A stretch of 64,000 bases of DNA from a virus. The notes beneath the pieces are model-generated. The model ran no database searches and was not told the origin of the DNA. It saw only the letters and a list, made by a program, of their open reading frames with translations. Made by a program: the position numbers and the translations under genes. The stretch lies in IMG/VR virus record IMGVR_UViG_3300018055_000001, positions 1-64,000 of that record, one strand, 5' to 3'. Of this stretch, positions 39,932-47,835 are shown piece after piece (position 1 is the stretch's first letter; every line of letters begins with the position of its first letter).

Positions 39932-40492
39932 ATGGACAAGACTTTTGAGGAACAACTTGCCACTATCCAGCGGGAACAACGGGCTTGGGCTCTCCGTAAT
40001 TTCGGAAAGCAAACTACAACGCAGATGGCTCTAGGGCTCATTGAAGAGTTGGGCGAAGTCGCAGAGGCCTGGATGCTGGATGACATGCTGAAGCTCCTAG
40101 ACGCCATCGGCGACGTTGGCATCTACATGCTGAACTACTGCAACCTCATGGGGTGGGAACTTCCCAAGCTGTTTGAGCTTAGGCAGCCACGGGACAAAAA
40201 CGCGGAGCGCATGCCGCACTTCGTGACGCCACTCATGCGCGCCATTGCTCACCACCAACTCAAAGGCGACCAGAATATTCGCGGTGGCACGGAGCACCAC
40301 AACCGCATGATGGAGGGCGTTCTTCGTAACGTCTTGTTTCAACTAGACGCTTTGGCCCCACGCGCCAAGCAAGGTGGGACGTTCCTGATCATCCTCGATC
40401 TCACCTGGCAGAAGGTTGGCAAGCGCGATTGGGTCAAGAACCCGTATAACGCGGATGTGGTGGCTGAGGAGCAAGAGAGCAAGCATGCCTGA
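39932..40492 (+). CDS. MazG-like nucleoside triphosphate pyrophosphohydrolase
   Basis: LIEELGEVAEAW and DAIGDVGIYMLNY metal-binding helices. Confidence 0.75.
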   Translation: MDKTFEEQLATIQREQRAWALRNFGKQTTTQMALGLIEELGEVAEAWMLDDMLKLLDAIGDVGIYMLNYCNLMGWELPKLFELRQPRDKNAERMPHFVTPLMRAIAHHQLKGDQNIRGGTEHHNRMMEGVLRNVLFQLDALAPRAKQGGTFLIILDLTWQKVGKRDWVKNPYNADVVAEEQESKHA

Positions 40493-41552
40493 AGGTAGCG
40501 GGCTCAAGCGCTGTCCTAAGTGCAGGCGCAAGAAGGACAGAAAGACTGAGTTTCATAAGGATGCCAGCACCCCCGATGGGCTGCGTGTTTACTGCAAGCT
40601 ATGCCAGAGGAAGAACAACAGTAAACAATATGCTGAGCACAAACCCGAGCGTGCCATCGCCCAGAGGGCATACGTAGTCAGCAACAGGGCCAAGGTGAAT
40701 ACGAAGAACACCCTGTGGCGTAAGCAAGTTCGTTTAGAAGTGTTGTATCACTACAGCAACGGTACAATGTCTTGCGCCTGTTGTAGAGAGAACAACATTG
40801 AATTTCTGTGCCTTGACCATAAGGATGGCGGCGGTAACAAGCACAGGAAGGAGATTGGGTTAGGGGGCTATGCCATCTACATCTGGCTGCGTAAAGAAGG
40901 GTTTCCCAAAGGGTATCGTGTCCTTTGCTTCAATTGTAATTACGCAGTCATCGGAGGCAAAGCCTGCCCGCACACGTCCAACGGATCTACGAAAGGCGGC
41001 GGTATTCTAAGCGCCACCGCCATATTGGAGAACGTCAAACTTGGGCGCATTTCGGTGGATCCATTTGTACCTGCACATGTGAACCCAGCATCTATCGATT
41101 TGACGTTGGGCAGGAGAGTCCTTGAACATGTGCTGACATATCCGCAGTTGGACCCGAGGAAGGCGGGGGTACAGGAGGAGTATCAAATACCCGAGGATGG
41201 TTTGGTTCTACTTCCCGGTAGGGCGTACTTGATGCATACGGAAGAGATAGTACATTCTAGCCATTTCGTTGGTGTGCTGGACGGAAAGTCTTCAATCGGT
41301 CGTCTTTTCATCTCAGTGCATGAGACCGCAGGTTACATTGATCCAGGATTTCGTGGACAGATCACCCTGGAGGTTAGCGTGCAGCACCCAGTCAAGGTTT
41401 ATGCGGGTATGCGGTTCTGCCAGATTAGGTACCATACGATTTACGGTGCAGTGGACCTGTACAACGGCCACTACAATAATGAAACTGCATTAGGGCCTGT
41501 GCCATCTATGGCGCACAAACAGCTTGAGGAACAACAAGATGGAAAAGGATAA
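40485..41552 (+). CDS. Fusion protein: N-terminal zinc-ribbon/HNH-like nuclease domain + C-terminal dCTP deaminase
   Basis: N: KRCPKCRRKK...DGLRVYCKLC...CACC...LCLDHKDGGGN...CFNCN; C: SIDLTLG, GKSSIGRLF, AGYIDPGFRGQITLEV. Confidence 0.7.
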   Translation: MPEGSGLKRCPKCRRKKDRKTEFHKDASTPDGLRVYCKLCQRKNNSKQYAEHKPERAIAQRAYVVSNRAKVNTKNTLWRKQVRLEVLYHYSNGTMSCACCRENNIEFLCLDHKDGGGNKHRKEIGLGGYAIYIWLRKEGFPKGYRVLCFNCNYAVIGGKACPHTSNGSTKGGGILSATAILENVKLGRISVDPFVPAHVNPASIDLTLGRRVLEHVLTYPQLDPRKAGVQEEYQIPEDGLVLLPGRAYLMHTEEIVHSSHFVGVLDGKSSIGRLFISVHETAGYIDPGFRGQITLEVSVQHPVKVYAGMRFCQIRYHTIYGAVDLYNGHYNNETALGPVPSMAHKQLEEQQDGKG

Positions 41553-41868
41553 TGTGGCTGAGTGCTTGACTGAAGAGCAAGAGGAAGGTTTGGCGATAAC
41601 TTCCATGAATGAAGTGATCCAGTTGTTCCAAGACTTGTTTAGGCAAAGAAGGTATCGTCTGATCAGAGGATTAGCTGACAAACTACAACGAGAATCCAAT
41701 ATTTGGCATGAAGAGCTTGGTCGATATATGAATTTGGCTGCCTGCGGCGCTAACCCGCACAGGGCAGCTACTGGTATCAATGCCGCCGTGGATCGAGGCG
41801 ACTTGCCGGATGCAGATTCAAGTGCACAGAATGCGGTAGGGTCAGGGAGTGGGTGCCACAATGGCTAG
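41539..41868 (+). CDS. Hypothetical protein
   Basis: GAGGAA SD 7 nt before ATG 41539. Confidence 0.5.
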   Translation: MEKDNVAECLTEEQEEGLAITSMNEVIQLFQDLFRQRRYRLIRGLADKLQRESNIWHEELGRYMNLAACGANPHRAATGINAAVDRGDLPDADSSAQNAVGSGSGCHNG

Positions 41869-42076
41869 AGTTGAGTGCGAGGTAACGTTCACCCAGGAGG
41901 AGAACGACCGCGGCAACATGCAGGATTGCACCAAGGTAACCTGCGGGGAATGCGGGCACACCACGCAGTCATGGGGCACTGGACCAGGGAGTGTGCGGCG
42001 TTGCCTAATGCTTCTAAAGGAAGAGTGCCCCGAAAATGGCAATAACTTCTATGTGGCCGACGTGGATACTGATTGA
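41861..42076 (+). CDS. Small zinc-ribbon protein
   Basis: CGECGH...RRC...EEC. Confidence 0.45.
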   Translation: MARVECEVTFTQEENDRGNMQDCTKVTCGECGHTTQSWGTGPGSVRRCLMLLKEECPENGNNFYVADVDTD

Positions 42077-42444
42077 TACCGACGCAAGTAGTTAGCCGTG
42101 GCTTGTACCGTCTTCAGGCTGTCGTGGAGAAGACCCAAGGCCCTGTTGCAAGTATCGCAGAGAAGTCCACGTAGTTGCTCTGTTTCGTGGCAATGATCGA
42201 CTACGAGACGTCTCCAACTTTTGCCTCTTGGTGGGCCTTTGCAAATGGCACAAACCCCTCCTTGCTTAGCCAGCATGGAGTTGTACTCTTCGAGGGTAAT
42301 ACCAAAGGCATACTGGAGGCGTCTCTCGTAGATGCGGTTGTGGTTTCTTTTTCGGTAATCGGCCAGGTAGGCTTTTCTGTGGTCCGCATTCCTCTCCTGG
42401 GATTCCTTGGCTCTGGCGATGGAGCACAGCTTGCAAATGCCCAT
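42049..42444 (-). CDS. Endonuclease VII family (T4 gp49-like) nuclease; N-terminal CxxC half lies in another frame up to 42521
   Basis: GGVCAICKGPP...LVVDHCHETEQLRGLLCDTCNRALG. Confidence 0.75.
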   Translation of the reverse strand: MGICKLCSIARAKESQERNADHRKAYLADYRKRNHNRIYERRLQYAFGITLEEYNSMLAKQGGVCAICKGPPRGKSWRRLVVDHCHETEQLRGLLCDTCNRALGLLHDSLKTVQATANYLRRYQSVSTSAT

Positions 42445-42548
42445 ATGGCCGTCCTCGGTGTTTGGGTGGTATAGAACTCGGTCAAGGCTTTCTTCTTTTT
42501 ACACTTCTTGCAGCGTTTCATGTTGGACGAATGCTGAGCTCTATGCCA

Positions 42549-42572
42549 AACTTTTACAAGGAACTTTTACAA
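42549..42572 (+). repeat. Direct repeat AACTTTTACAA x2 (13-bp period) ending on the ATG
   Basis: 42549-42559 and 42562-42572; each contains a TACAA(G/T) -10-like box. Confidence 0.85.
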
Positions 42573-43021
42573 TGTTGAAGACGATTTGGATAATGTGGAA
42601 GCCAGGCGAAGAGCGCGTGTACACGATGGCGGTGCAGCCGTCAGAGCCGTGGGCGACAACGCAGAAGGACAATGGGTACTTCATTGCCAGCTTCGACGTA
42701 GAACTCCCTGATCCCACGATAAGTCCAATTTTCGTAGGTTCATTGAAAGTTGTGTATGCCCCCTCGCTGGGCAACCAAGTGCATATACATGGGGATTTTG
42801 CCTTGATGGATGATGGATCGATTTGGTCGAATACGGAGAAAGTTGCTCAAGTCTCGGAAATTGAGGAACCCCCCTCCTACCTAGATGAAGCCAGATTGAC
42901 CGTGGGTGACAGGGCACACGTAGAGTTTTTAGCCAGGTATTGGCTAGGTTGGAGGAAAACAGTTATGGCAGGGGTGCCGCCTGTAAGTGTAGGGGATGTG
43001 GTCTCTGCTAAGCTTGAGTAA
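42572..43021 (+). CDS. Hypothetical protein
   Basis: Internal ATG 42572 (MLKTIWIMWKPGEE...). Confidence 0.55.
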   Translation: MLKTIWIMWKPGEERVYTMAVQPSEPWATTQKDNGYFIASFDVELPDPTISPIFVGSLKVVYAPSLGNQVHIHGDFALMDDGSIWSNTEKVAQVSEIEEPPSYLDEARLTVGDRAHVEFLARYWLGWRKTVMAGVPPVSVGDVVSAKLE

Positions 43022-43368
43022 TGCCATCGGTTGCTTCACCGTCTCAGCAGTCTCAGCAGGAGTCTGAAGGACTGGACTTGAACTTCCAGCTGCGTCTGGT
43101 CATCAATCAGTCGCTGGGGGCAGTGCAGGGTAGGCAGACGGCGGAAGCTTTTGCAGCCATAACGTACGAGGAACTTGCCAACCAGCAAATCATCCGTATC
43201 ACTGGCCCCGGGACCACGACCAGGCCTAATGAGCTTGAGCGGGTCAACAAGATCGAGAGCGACATGAACAACGTGGTGGCCCAAATTCGAAACATCCCTC
43301 CAGAGAGCTTCTTGATGAGCGATGCATCACGTGACGTGAATACGCCTGTTGACCCTGGCACCGCGTGA
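43021..43368 (+). CDS. Hypothetical protein
   Basis: TAATG overlap. Confidence 0.55.
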   Translation: MPSVASPSQQSQQESEGLDLNFQLRLVINQSLGAVQGRQTAEAFAAITYEELANQQIIRITGPGTTTRPNELERVNKIESDMNNVVAQIRNIPPESFLMSDASRDVNTPVDPGTA

Positions 43369-43460
43369 ATGTACAAAGACCTGCTACAGCCCTGGCCCAT
43401 GCGATCCCCCTCAGCGTTCGGGCCGGGGCGTAGCTTTTGCTTTTGAGCCGCCTTCGTGCA

Positions 43461-43466
43461 TATACT
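43461..43466 (+). promoter_or_regulatory. -10 box TATACT
   Basis: 6 nt upstream of ATG 43473; TTGCTT lies 18 nt upstream. Confidence 0.45.
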
Positions 43467-43472
43467 CTAGGG

Positions 43473-43835
43473 ATGAGCGAGACCAACCCGCCTAGCCCCA
43501 TGTGCATGGACACGAATTGTTCATGCTACAAAGACCAGTCCGGATTGACGCGAGAGTTCATGGAGAGTGCTGATCCGCACACTCGACTCATTGCCCACAT
43601 GTCGAATCGACAACTGGCCATGGTCGAGGCCATCAACAACATGCAATTGACGCAACACGGGTTGATACAGGCTGTGAATGGGCTGACTGCGGAAGTTCGG
43701 CGGGGCTTCAGGGTAATGCACGAGAGGTTGGACACTCTGCAGCTGGACCATGGAATTATCGATGAAGTTGAAGATACCGTAGAGAAGGAGTTGGCCGCCG
43801 TGGTTGGTACAATCCCTCCTCGCAGTAAGCAGTAG
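43473..43835 (+). CDS. Hypothetical coiled-coil protein
   Basis: Internal ATG 43473 (MSETNPPSPMCMDTNCSCYKD...). Confidence 0.55.
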   Translation: MSETNPPSPMCMDTNCSCYKDQSGLTREFMESADPHTRLIAHMSNRQLAMVEAINNMQLTQHGLIQAVNGLTAEVRRGFRVMHERLDTLQLDHGIIDEVEDTVEKELAAVVGTIPPRSKQ

Positions 43836-43879
43836 TCTGCAGCATTGAGTCGCTGATTGTAATTTCAGCAAAAGTCTCA

Positions 43880-43888
43880 TGCTATAAA
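43880..43888 (+). promoter_or_regulatory. Class-1 extended -10 box TGCTATAAA
   Basis: 5 nt upstream of GTG 43894. Confidence 0.5.
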
Positions 43889-43893
43889 GGGTA

Positions 43894-44565
43894 GTGGAGG
43901 TTCTATTGAGTAGAAAAGCATGTACTTGCTTCAGTGCGGTGTTCTTGTTTGCAACAGGAGCTCCCTGCGCAGATGGCTGTCCGGTAGGGATGGTTCATGC
44001 GAGAAAGAACGTCTGCATCGACGCGTACGAATGGCCTAATATGCCAGGGGAACGCCCGTTGCTGTCGGCAAGTGGGGAGCCTGAAGCGATTGGGAATCCG
44101 ATTGATGCAGAGATGCTTTGCCTCTCTGTTGGGAAGAGGCCTTGCACTAGAACCGAATGGATGTCCGCCTGTCGTGGACCAGGCGGTTCGATGTATCCTT
44201 ACGGGAATATCTACGATCCGAACGCGTGCAACACAGGCGCGCGTTGGAAGGAGGTCAATGCAGAGAAAGTTGCCAAACGCAACAAGCGAGAGCTTACCAA
44301 GCTGGATCAGAGCTCTCCTGCTGGTTCGTTTGACAGGTGCGTAAGCCCGGCAGGAGCCTACGACATGGTTGGCAATGCTGAGGAGTGGGTTCATTGTGAC
44401 AGCGGGGAATACGGTTGGTGTCTCGTCGGAGGTTTTTGGGCCACCAAAAACGCCACATGTTCGTACGTAGTGATTACTCATTCACCCAAATGGCATTACT
44501 ACCAAACCTCATTCCGATGTTGCAGAGATCTTGACTCTTTCAACGATTATGATATAGGCTGTTGA
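43894..44565 (+). CDS. Secreted FGE-sulfatase (SUMF1/DUF323, C-type-lectin-fold) domain protein
   Basis: Signal-like N-terminus SRKACTCFSAVFLFATGAPCA; CIDAYEWPN, YDMVGNAEEWV, GGFW, FRCCRD. Alt start TTG 43906 after GGAGG. Confidence 0.75.
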   Translation: MEVLLSRKACTCFSAVFLFATGAPCADGCPVGMVHARKNVCIDAYEWPNMPGERPLLSASGEPEAIGNPIDAEMLCLSVGKRPCTRTEWMSACRGPGGSMYPYGNIYDPNACNTGARWKEVNAEKVAKRNKRELTKLDQSSPAGSFDRCVSPAGAYDMVGNAEEWVHCDSGEYGWCLVGGFWATKNATCSYVVITHSPKWHYYQTSFRCCRDLDSFNDYDIGC

Positions 44566-45195
44566 ATGAAGCCGAATCCAAGAAATCGAGGACAAGGTGT
44601 TAGAGAGGCTCACAATCATGCCAAGGTTGGGCACCGTTCTAGGGAATATCAGATTTGGGTAGGTATGATTTCCAGGTGCTACAACGAAAAGCACACCAGC
44701 TACCGGGACTATGGGGGCAGGGGCATTACAGTTTGTGAGCGCTGGCTTGACTCATTCACCTTGTTCTTGGCCGATATGGGGAAGTGCCCCTCCACTCAGC
44801 ATACGTTGGATAGGCGAAAGAACAATTTAGGATATTTCAAGAAGAATTGTCGGTGGGTTACTCAAAAGGTTCAAGGAAGGAACCGCAGAGATAATGTGCT
44901 AATCACCGCCAACGGGGAGACGTTGGTTCTAACAGAGTGGGCGGAGCGGCTAGGGGTGTCGGGGAATGCTTTGCGCCTCAGAAAGTACAAGGGTTGGTCT
45001 GACTCTGATGTAATCAATATACCGGTGAAGGTTAGGTTGACACCGAAGTCTGTGCTCAATGTGTATCGTGATGGAATTTCTGGTAAGATGACCTTGTCGG
45101 CAGTGGCCAGTAGGTACAAGTTACCGTTCTCCACGGTACAGGCCATTACGTCTGGCAGGAATTGGTCAAGTGTAACAAGGGCACCATCTGGATGA
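44566..45195 (+). CDS. Phage 'YGGRGI...CxRW' family protein (often annotated HNH/homing-endonuclease-like)
   Basis: EYQIWVGMISRCYNEKHTSYRDYGGRGITVCERWLDSFTLFLADMG...LDRRKNNLGYFKKNCRW. Confidence 0.5.
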   Translation: MKPNPRNRGQGVREAHNHAKVGHRSREYQIWVGMISRCYNEKHTSYRDYGGRGITVCERWLDSFTLFLADMGKCPSTQHTLDRRKNNLGYFKKNCRWVTQKVQGRNRRDNVLITANGETLVLTEWAERLGVSGNALRLRKYKGWSDSDVINIPVKVRLTPKSVLNVYRDGISGKMTLSAVASRYKLPFSTVQAITSGRNWSSVTRAPSG

Positions 45196-45359
45196 CAGAA
45201 CCCACAAGAGAGGACCTGGAGGCTTGGTTGGTATTGGCTATGGAGCGAGTACTCGCTGACGCGTATAAGGGCAAGCCCCGCGTGGCGCGGTATCACCGTA
45301 GGACAGATTTGAGGCGTATCGACAAATGGAGCATGAAGCTCCTGGAGATGACCGCATGA
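45192..45359 (+). CDS. Hypothetical small protein
   Basis: ATGA overlaps both sides. Confidence 0.5.
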   Translation: MTEPTREDLEAWLVLAMERVLADAYKGKPRVARYHRRTDLRRIDKWSMKLLEMTA

Positions 45360-46126
45360 CGTTAGTACATACACTGGCCGCTTTGGTGCTTGCAATGGTT
45401 GTTCGGGAAGCCCCGAACGTGGCTGCCAACGCGAAATTGCACGACGACTTTGAGTCGGATATCACCCAGATGCTCACGATCCACGAGAAAGTAGCCCAGA
45501 GTGGCGGGCTTGTGGACACAGAGTTCGACATGCTGCTCCTTGCGGCGGTGAACTATCGGGAGAATCGGATGCGTCTTCCGGCACCAGACGGCGATTGTGG
45601 TTGGTCCCACAAGTACTCCAAAGTCCCAAGTGGACTATGGCCAGTCGGATACAAGCCCGTGCCCAAGTACGTATGCAACTCTGTGGGTCCCATGCAGGTG
45701 AATCGGGGGTTGGTCTACACGATCACGGCATGGAACGAAGTGAAACATGAGTTTCCTGAGCGGTTGTGGGGAGGATGGTCTGAGGTCCCAAAGGGAACTA
45801 AGCCGGACAGGTTGACTGAAGATCAGTTGCGGGAGCCAGAAACTAATGTCCGCATTGCCTACGCGATACTCCAGCATTGGAAGTACGAGTGCATGGATCG
45901 CGACGGTGGTCTTGCTCCTGCCGGGGTCTGGTTGACTGCGTATCGTTACGGGAAGTGCCCCCACTACAACAAAGGGCGTGGATACCACATCGATAAAGAG
46001 GCAACGAAACGTTGCGCGATAGCCAATGGCTGGGCAGAGGCTTTGGCGAATTCAGATGAAGTGAACTACACTGGTACAGGCAACATGTCGTGTACCTACA
46101 AGGATCGTGTTGCACCGAGAGAATGA
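45356..46126 (+). CDS. Lytic transglycosylase (SLT-like)
   Basis: N-terminal TM/signal; AVNYRENRM (catalytic Glu context), GPMQV, VRIAYAIL. Confidence 0.6.
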   Translation: MTLVHTLAALVLAMVVREAPNVAANAKLHDDFESDITQMLTIHEKVAQSGGLVDTEFDMLLLAAVNYRENRMRLPAPDGDCGWSHKYSKVPSGLWPVGYKPVPKYVCNSVGPMQVNRGLVYTITAWNEVKHEFPERLWGGWSEVPKGTKPDRLTEDQLREPETNVRIAYAILQHWKYECMDRDGGLAPAGVWLTAYRYGKCPHYNKGRGYHIDKEATKRCAIANGWAEALANSDEVNYTGTGNMSCTYKDRVAPRE

Positions 46127-46590
46127 TCTACGAGTACATGTACGTGACTCACGAGAAGGATGGCGGCGAGAAGCTTTGGCTTGTTAGTAGTCGCCTTCCC
46201 CTCGGGATGTTTCAGCGGTTGATGACCTACGCGCGCGCAGACGCGCATCCCAAGGACAGGGTGGTTGGTATAGCCACTACCCATGTATTTCCTGGGGTAG
46301 GTGAATTTGATGCTCGTTGCCGCTTGGATCACTTCCTGGAACCCAAGGAGGTAAGCGGCAAGCAGTGCCTCATCGCCAACAGGCGCGAGGCCTTGCTGTT
46401 GGTGGATGACTGGAAGTCTTCACCCCTTTACTCCATGCAAGAGGGTCACGAGACTTGCGGGGATGCAGGGAAATACTACAGGAACAGGGTTGATCACTTC
46501 GCTGGTTACATCGACGTGTATTGGCCCATAGCAAGAAACAAAAGCACCAGGAAAGCAAGGAAACGGAGGACACATGGTCGCAGCAAGTAG
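46123..46590 (+). CDS. Hypothetical protein
   Basis: ATGA overlap. Confidence 0.55.
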   Translation: MIYEYMYVTHEKDGGEKLWLVSSRLPLGMFQRLMTYARADAHPKDRVVGIATTHVFPGVGEFDARCRLDHFLEPKEVSGKQCLIANRREALLLVDDWKSSPLYSMQEGHETCGDAGKYYRNRVDHFAGYIDVYWPIARNKSTRKARKRRTHGRSK

Positions 46591-47692
46591 CATCGGTTGG
46601 GGTTCATACAAGAACTACGAGGGTCCATTCTTCAGGGGCACATCCGCCTTTGTTCTTCCAGAGGACCCAAGGCCCTCTGACAAGATCATGGCTGTTATTA
46701 CGGCCACGGAGGGAGGGCACTACGACGCCTGGAACGGGTATGACGCTTGCGGGTGGACCTCCGGCATCATTCAGTGGTGCGAGCGTGGGCAGTATTCGAT
46801 CTCCGACATGCTTGGGGCTGTAGCGGTAAAGAACTCAGCTTTGCTGCAATCCATTCAGGACTATGCCAAGCATGCTGGCGGGCAGTTCAAGCGCAATGCG
46901 AAAGGCAACTTCAGGTTCTTCTTTGACAGCACTGGAGAAGTTGACACGCAAGCCGAGCAGCTGCGCCTGTTCTACATCCACGGCAATGGGACGAAAGGCA
47001 CTTGGGATGATGCCGCCAAGGCCAACGCCCGACAATGGGCAGCGGTGATTTCGTCTTTGTGGGAAGATGCAGGTGCTCAGGCAGTGCAGGTGACATTCAC
47101 CTCACAGCGACTCGGTTTGTTCATGCTGCCTGCGGCAAAGGCGTTGTTCGGGCAAGCCCCTGACACCCCCATAGCCGCCGGGGCGAAGGCAGCCTACTTG
47201 TCGTTCGCTGCGAACAACCCAACTTGGGCCAATTCATCCTTGAAGAAGGCTCTAGCCGCGTCGGCACACCTCACTCCATGGACGAACGAGTGGGTGATTG
47301 AGTTGCTGAAGGAATTGACGTTCGGTCCCCAGGTGGCCATCTACCCCGGTAGGTACAACGCGATTCGACCAGCTCTCGAGCGCATTTATGGGTTGGAGCT
47401 TCCGGACTTTGCTAAAGAGCTCCAGGTCTGGACCGAGACCACGGGCATGTTGCCCAACATCTCCACCAAGGACATTCAGCGTGCGCTGCTTATGCTCGGC
47501 TACGACCTGGGCCCGAAGGGTGCCGATGGCATCTACGGAGGGAAGACCAAGGAGGCCGTCATGACGTTCGAGCAGTTGAGCGGCATGGTGCCTCAGCCGA
47601 ATATTGATGGAGTGGTCGACATCTATACGTATCCGGCATTGAAATCGGCGATGGATGCCAAAGGGCTCCCCTTTCCATTGCCCGTCTCTTGA
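46574..47692 (+). CDS. Cell-wall-binding protein: unknown N-terminal domain + C-terminal PG_binding_1
   Basis: GGAGGA SD; IQRALLMLGYDLGPKGADGIYGGKTKEAVMTFEQLSGM. Confidence 0.7.
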   Translation: MVAASSIGWGSYKNYEGPFFRGTSAFVLPEDPRPSDKIMAVITATEGGHYDAWNGYDACGWTSGIIQWCERGQYSISDMLGAVAVKNSALLQSIQDYAKHAGGQFKRNAKGNFRFFFDSTGEVDTQAEQLRLFYIHGNGTKGTWDDAAKANARQWAAVISSLWEDAGAQAVQVTFTSQRLGLFMLPAAKALFGQAPDTPIAAGAKAAYLSFAANNPTWANSSLKKALAASAHLTPWTNEWVIELLKELTFGPQVAIYPGRYNAIRPALERIYGLELPDFAKELQVWTETTGMLPNISTKDIQRALLMLGYDLGPKGADGIYGGKTKEAVMTFEQLSGMVPQPNIDGVVDIYTYPALKSAMDAKGLPFPLPVS

Positions 47693-47775
47693 CAAGCCCA
47701 ATAGTGGCAGCTAGCCTTGGCTTGCGCACTTGAGTAGTTGTCACTGCGGTTCTCGCTTTCGGTTGTTTGGCACGG

Positions 47776-47810
47776 ACGGTCCTCTCCACCAGGAGGACCG
47801 TTCTTTTTTA
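47776..47810 (+). terminator. Rho-independent terminator
   Basis: ACGGTCCTC-tccaccag-GAGGACCGT followed by TCTTTTTTAT. Confidence 0.85.
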
Positions 47811-47821
47811 TCTCCGCATTG

Positions 47822-47830
47822 TGTTAGGAT
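47822..47830 (+). promoter_or_regulatory. Extended -10 box TGTTAGGAT
   Basis: 5 nt upstream of ATG 47836, directly after the terminator. Confidence 0.45.
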
Positions 47831-47835
47831 GAGGA

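Noticed and set aside
43903-44481. 192-aa minus-strand ORF
   Set aside because: It is antisense to the FGE-sulfatase-domain gene and has no motif or SD.
43894-45195. Diversity-generating retroelement around the FGE/CLec-fold gene
   Set aside because: There is no reverse transcriptase, Avd-like gene or recognisable template repeat in the flanks. The next gene is a YGGRGI-family protein. A genome-wide self-alignment of the last ~150 nt of the gene is still needed.
44871-45395. 174-aa minus-strand ORF
   Set aside because: It is antisense to the YGGRGI-family gene and the ATGA-coupled genes after it.
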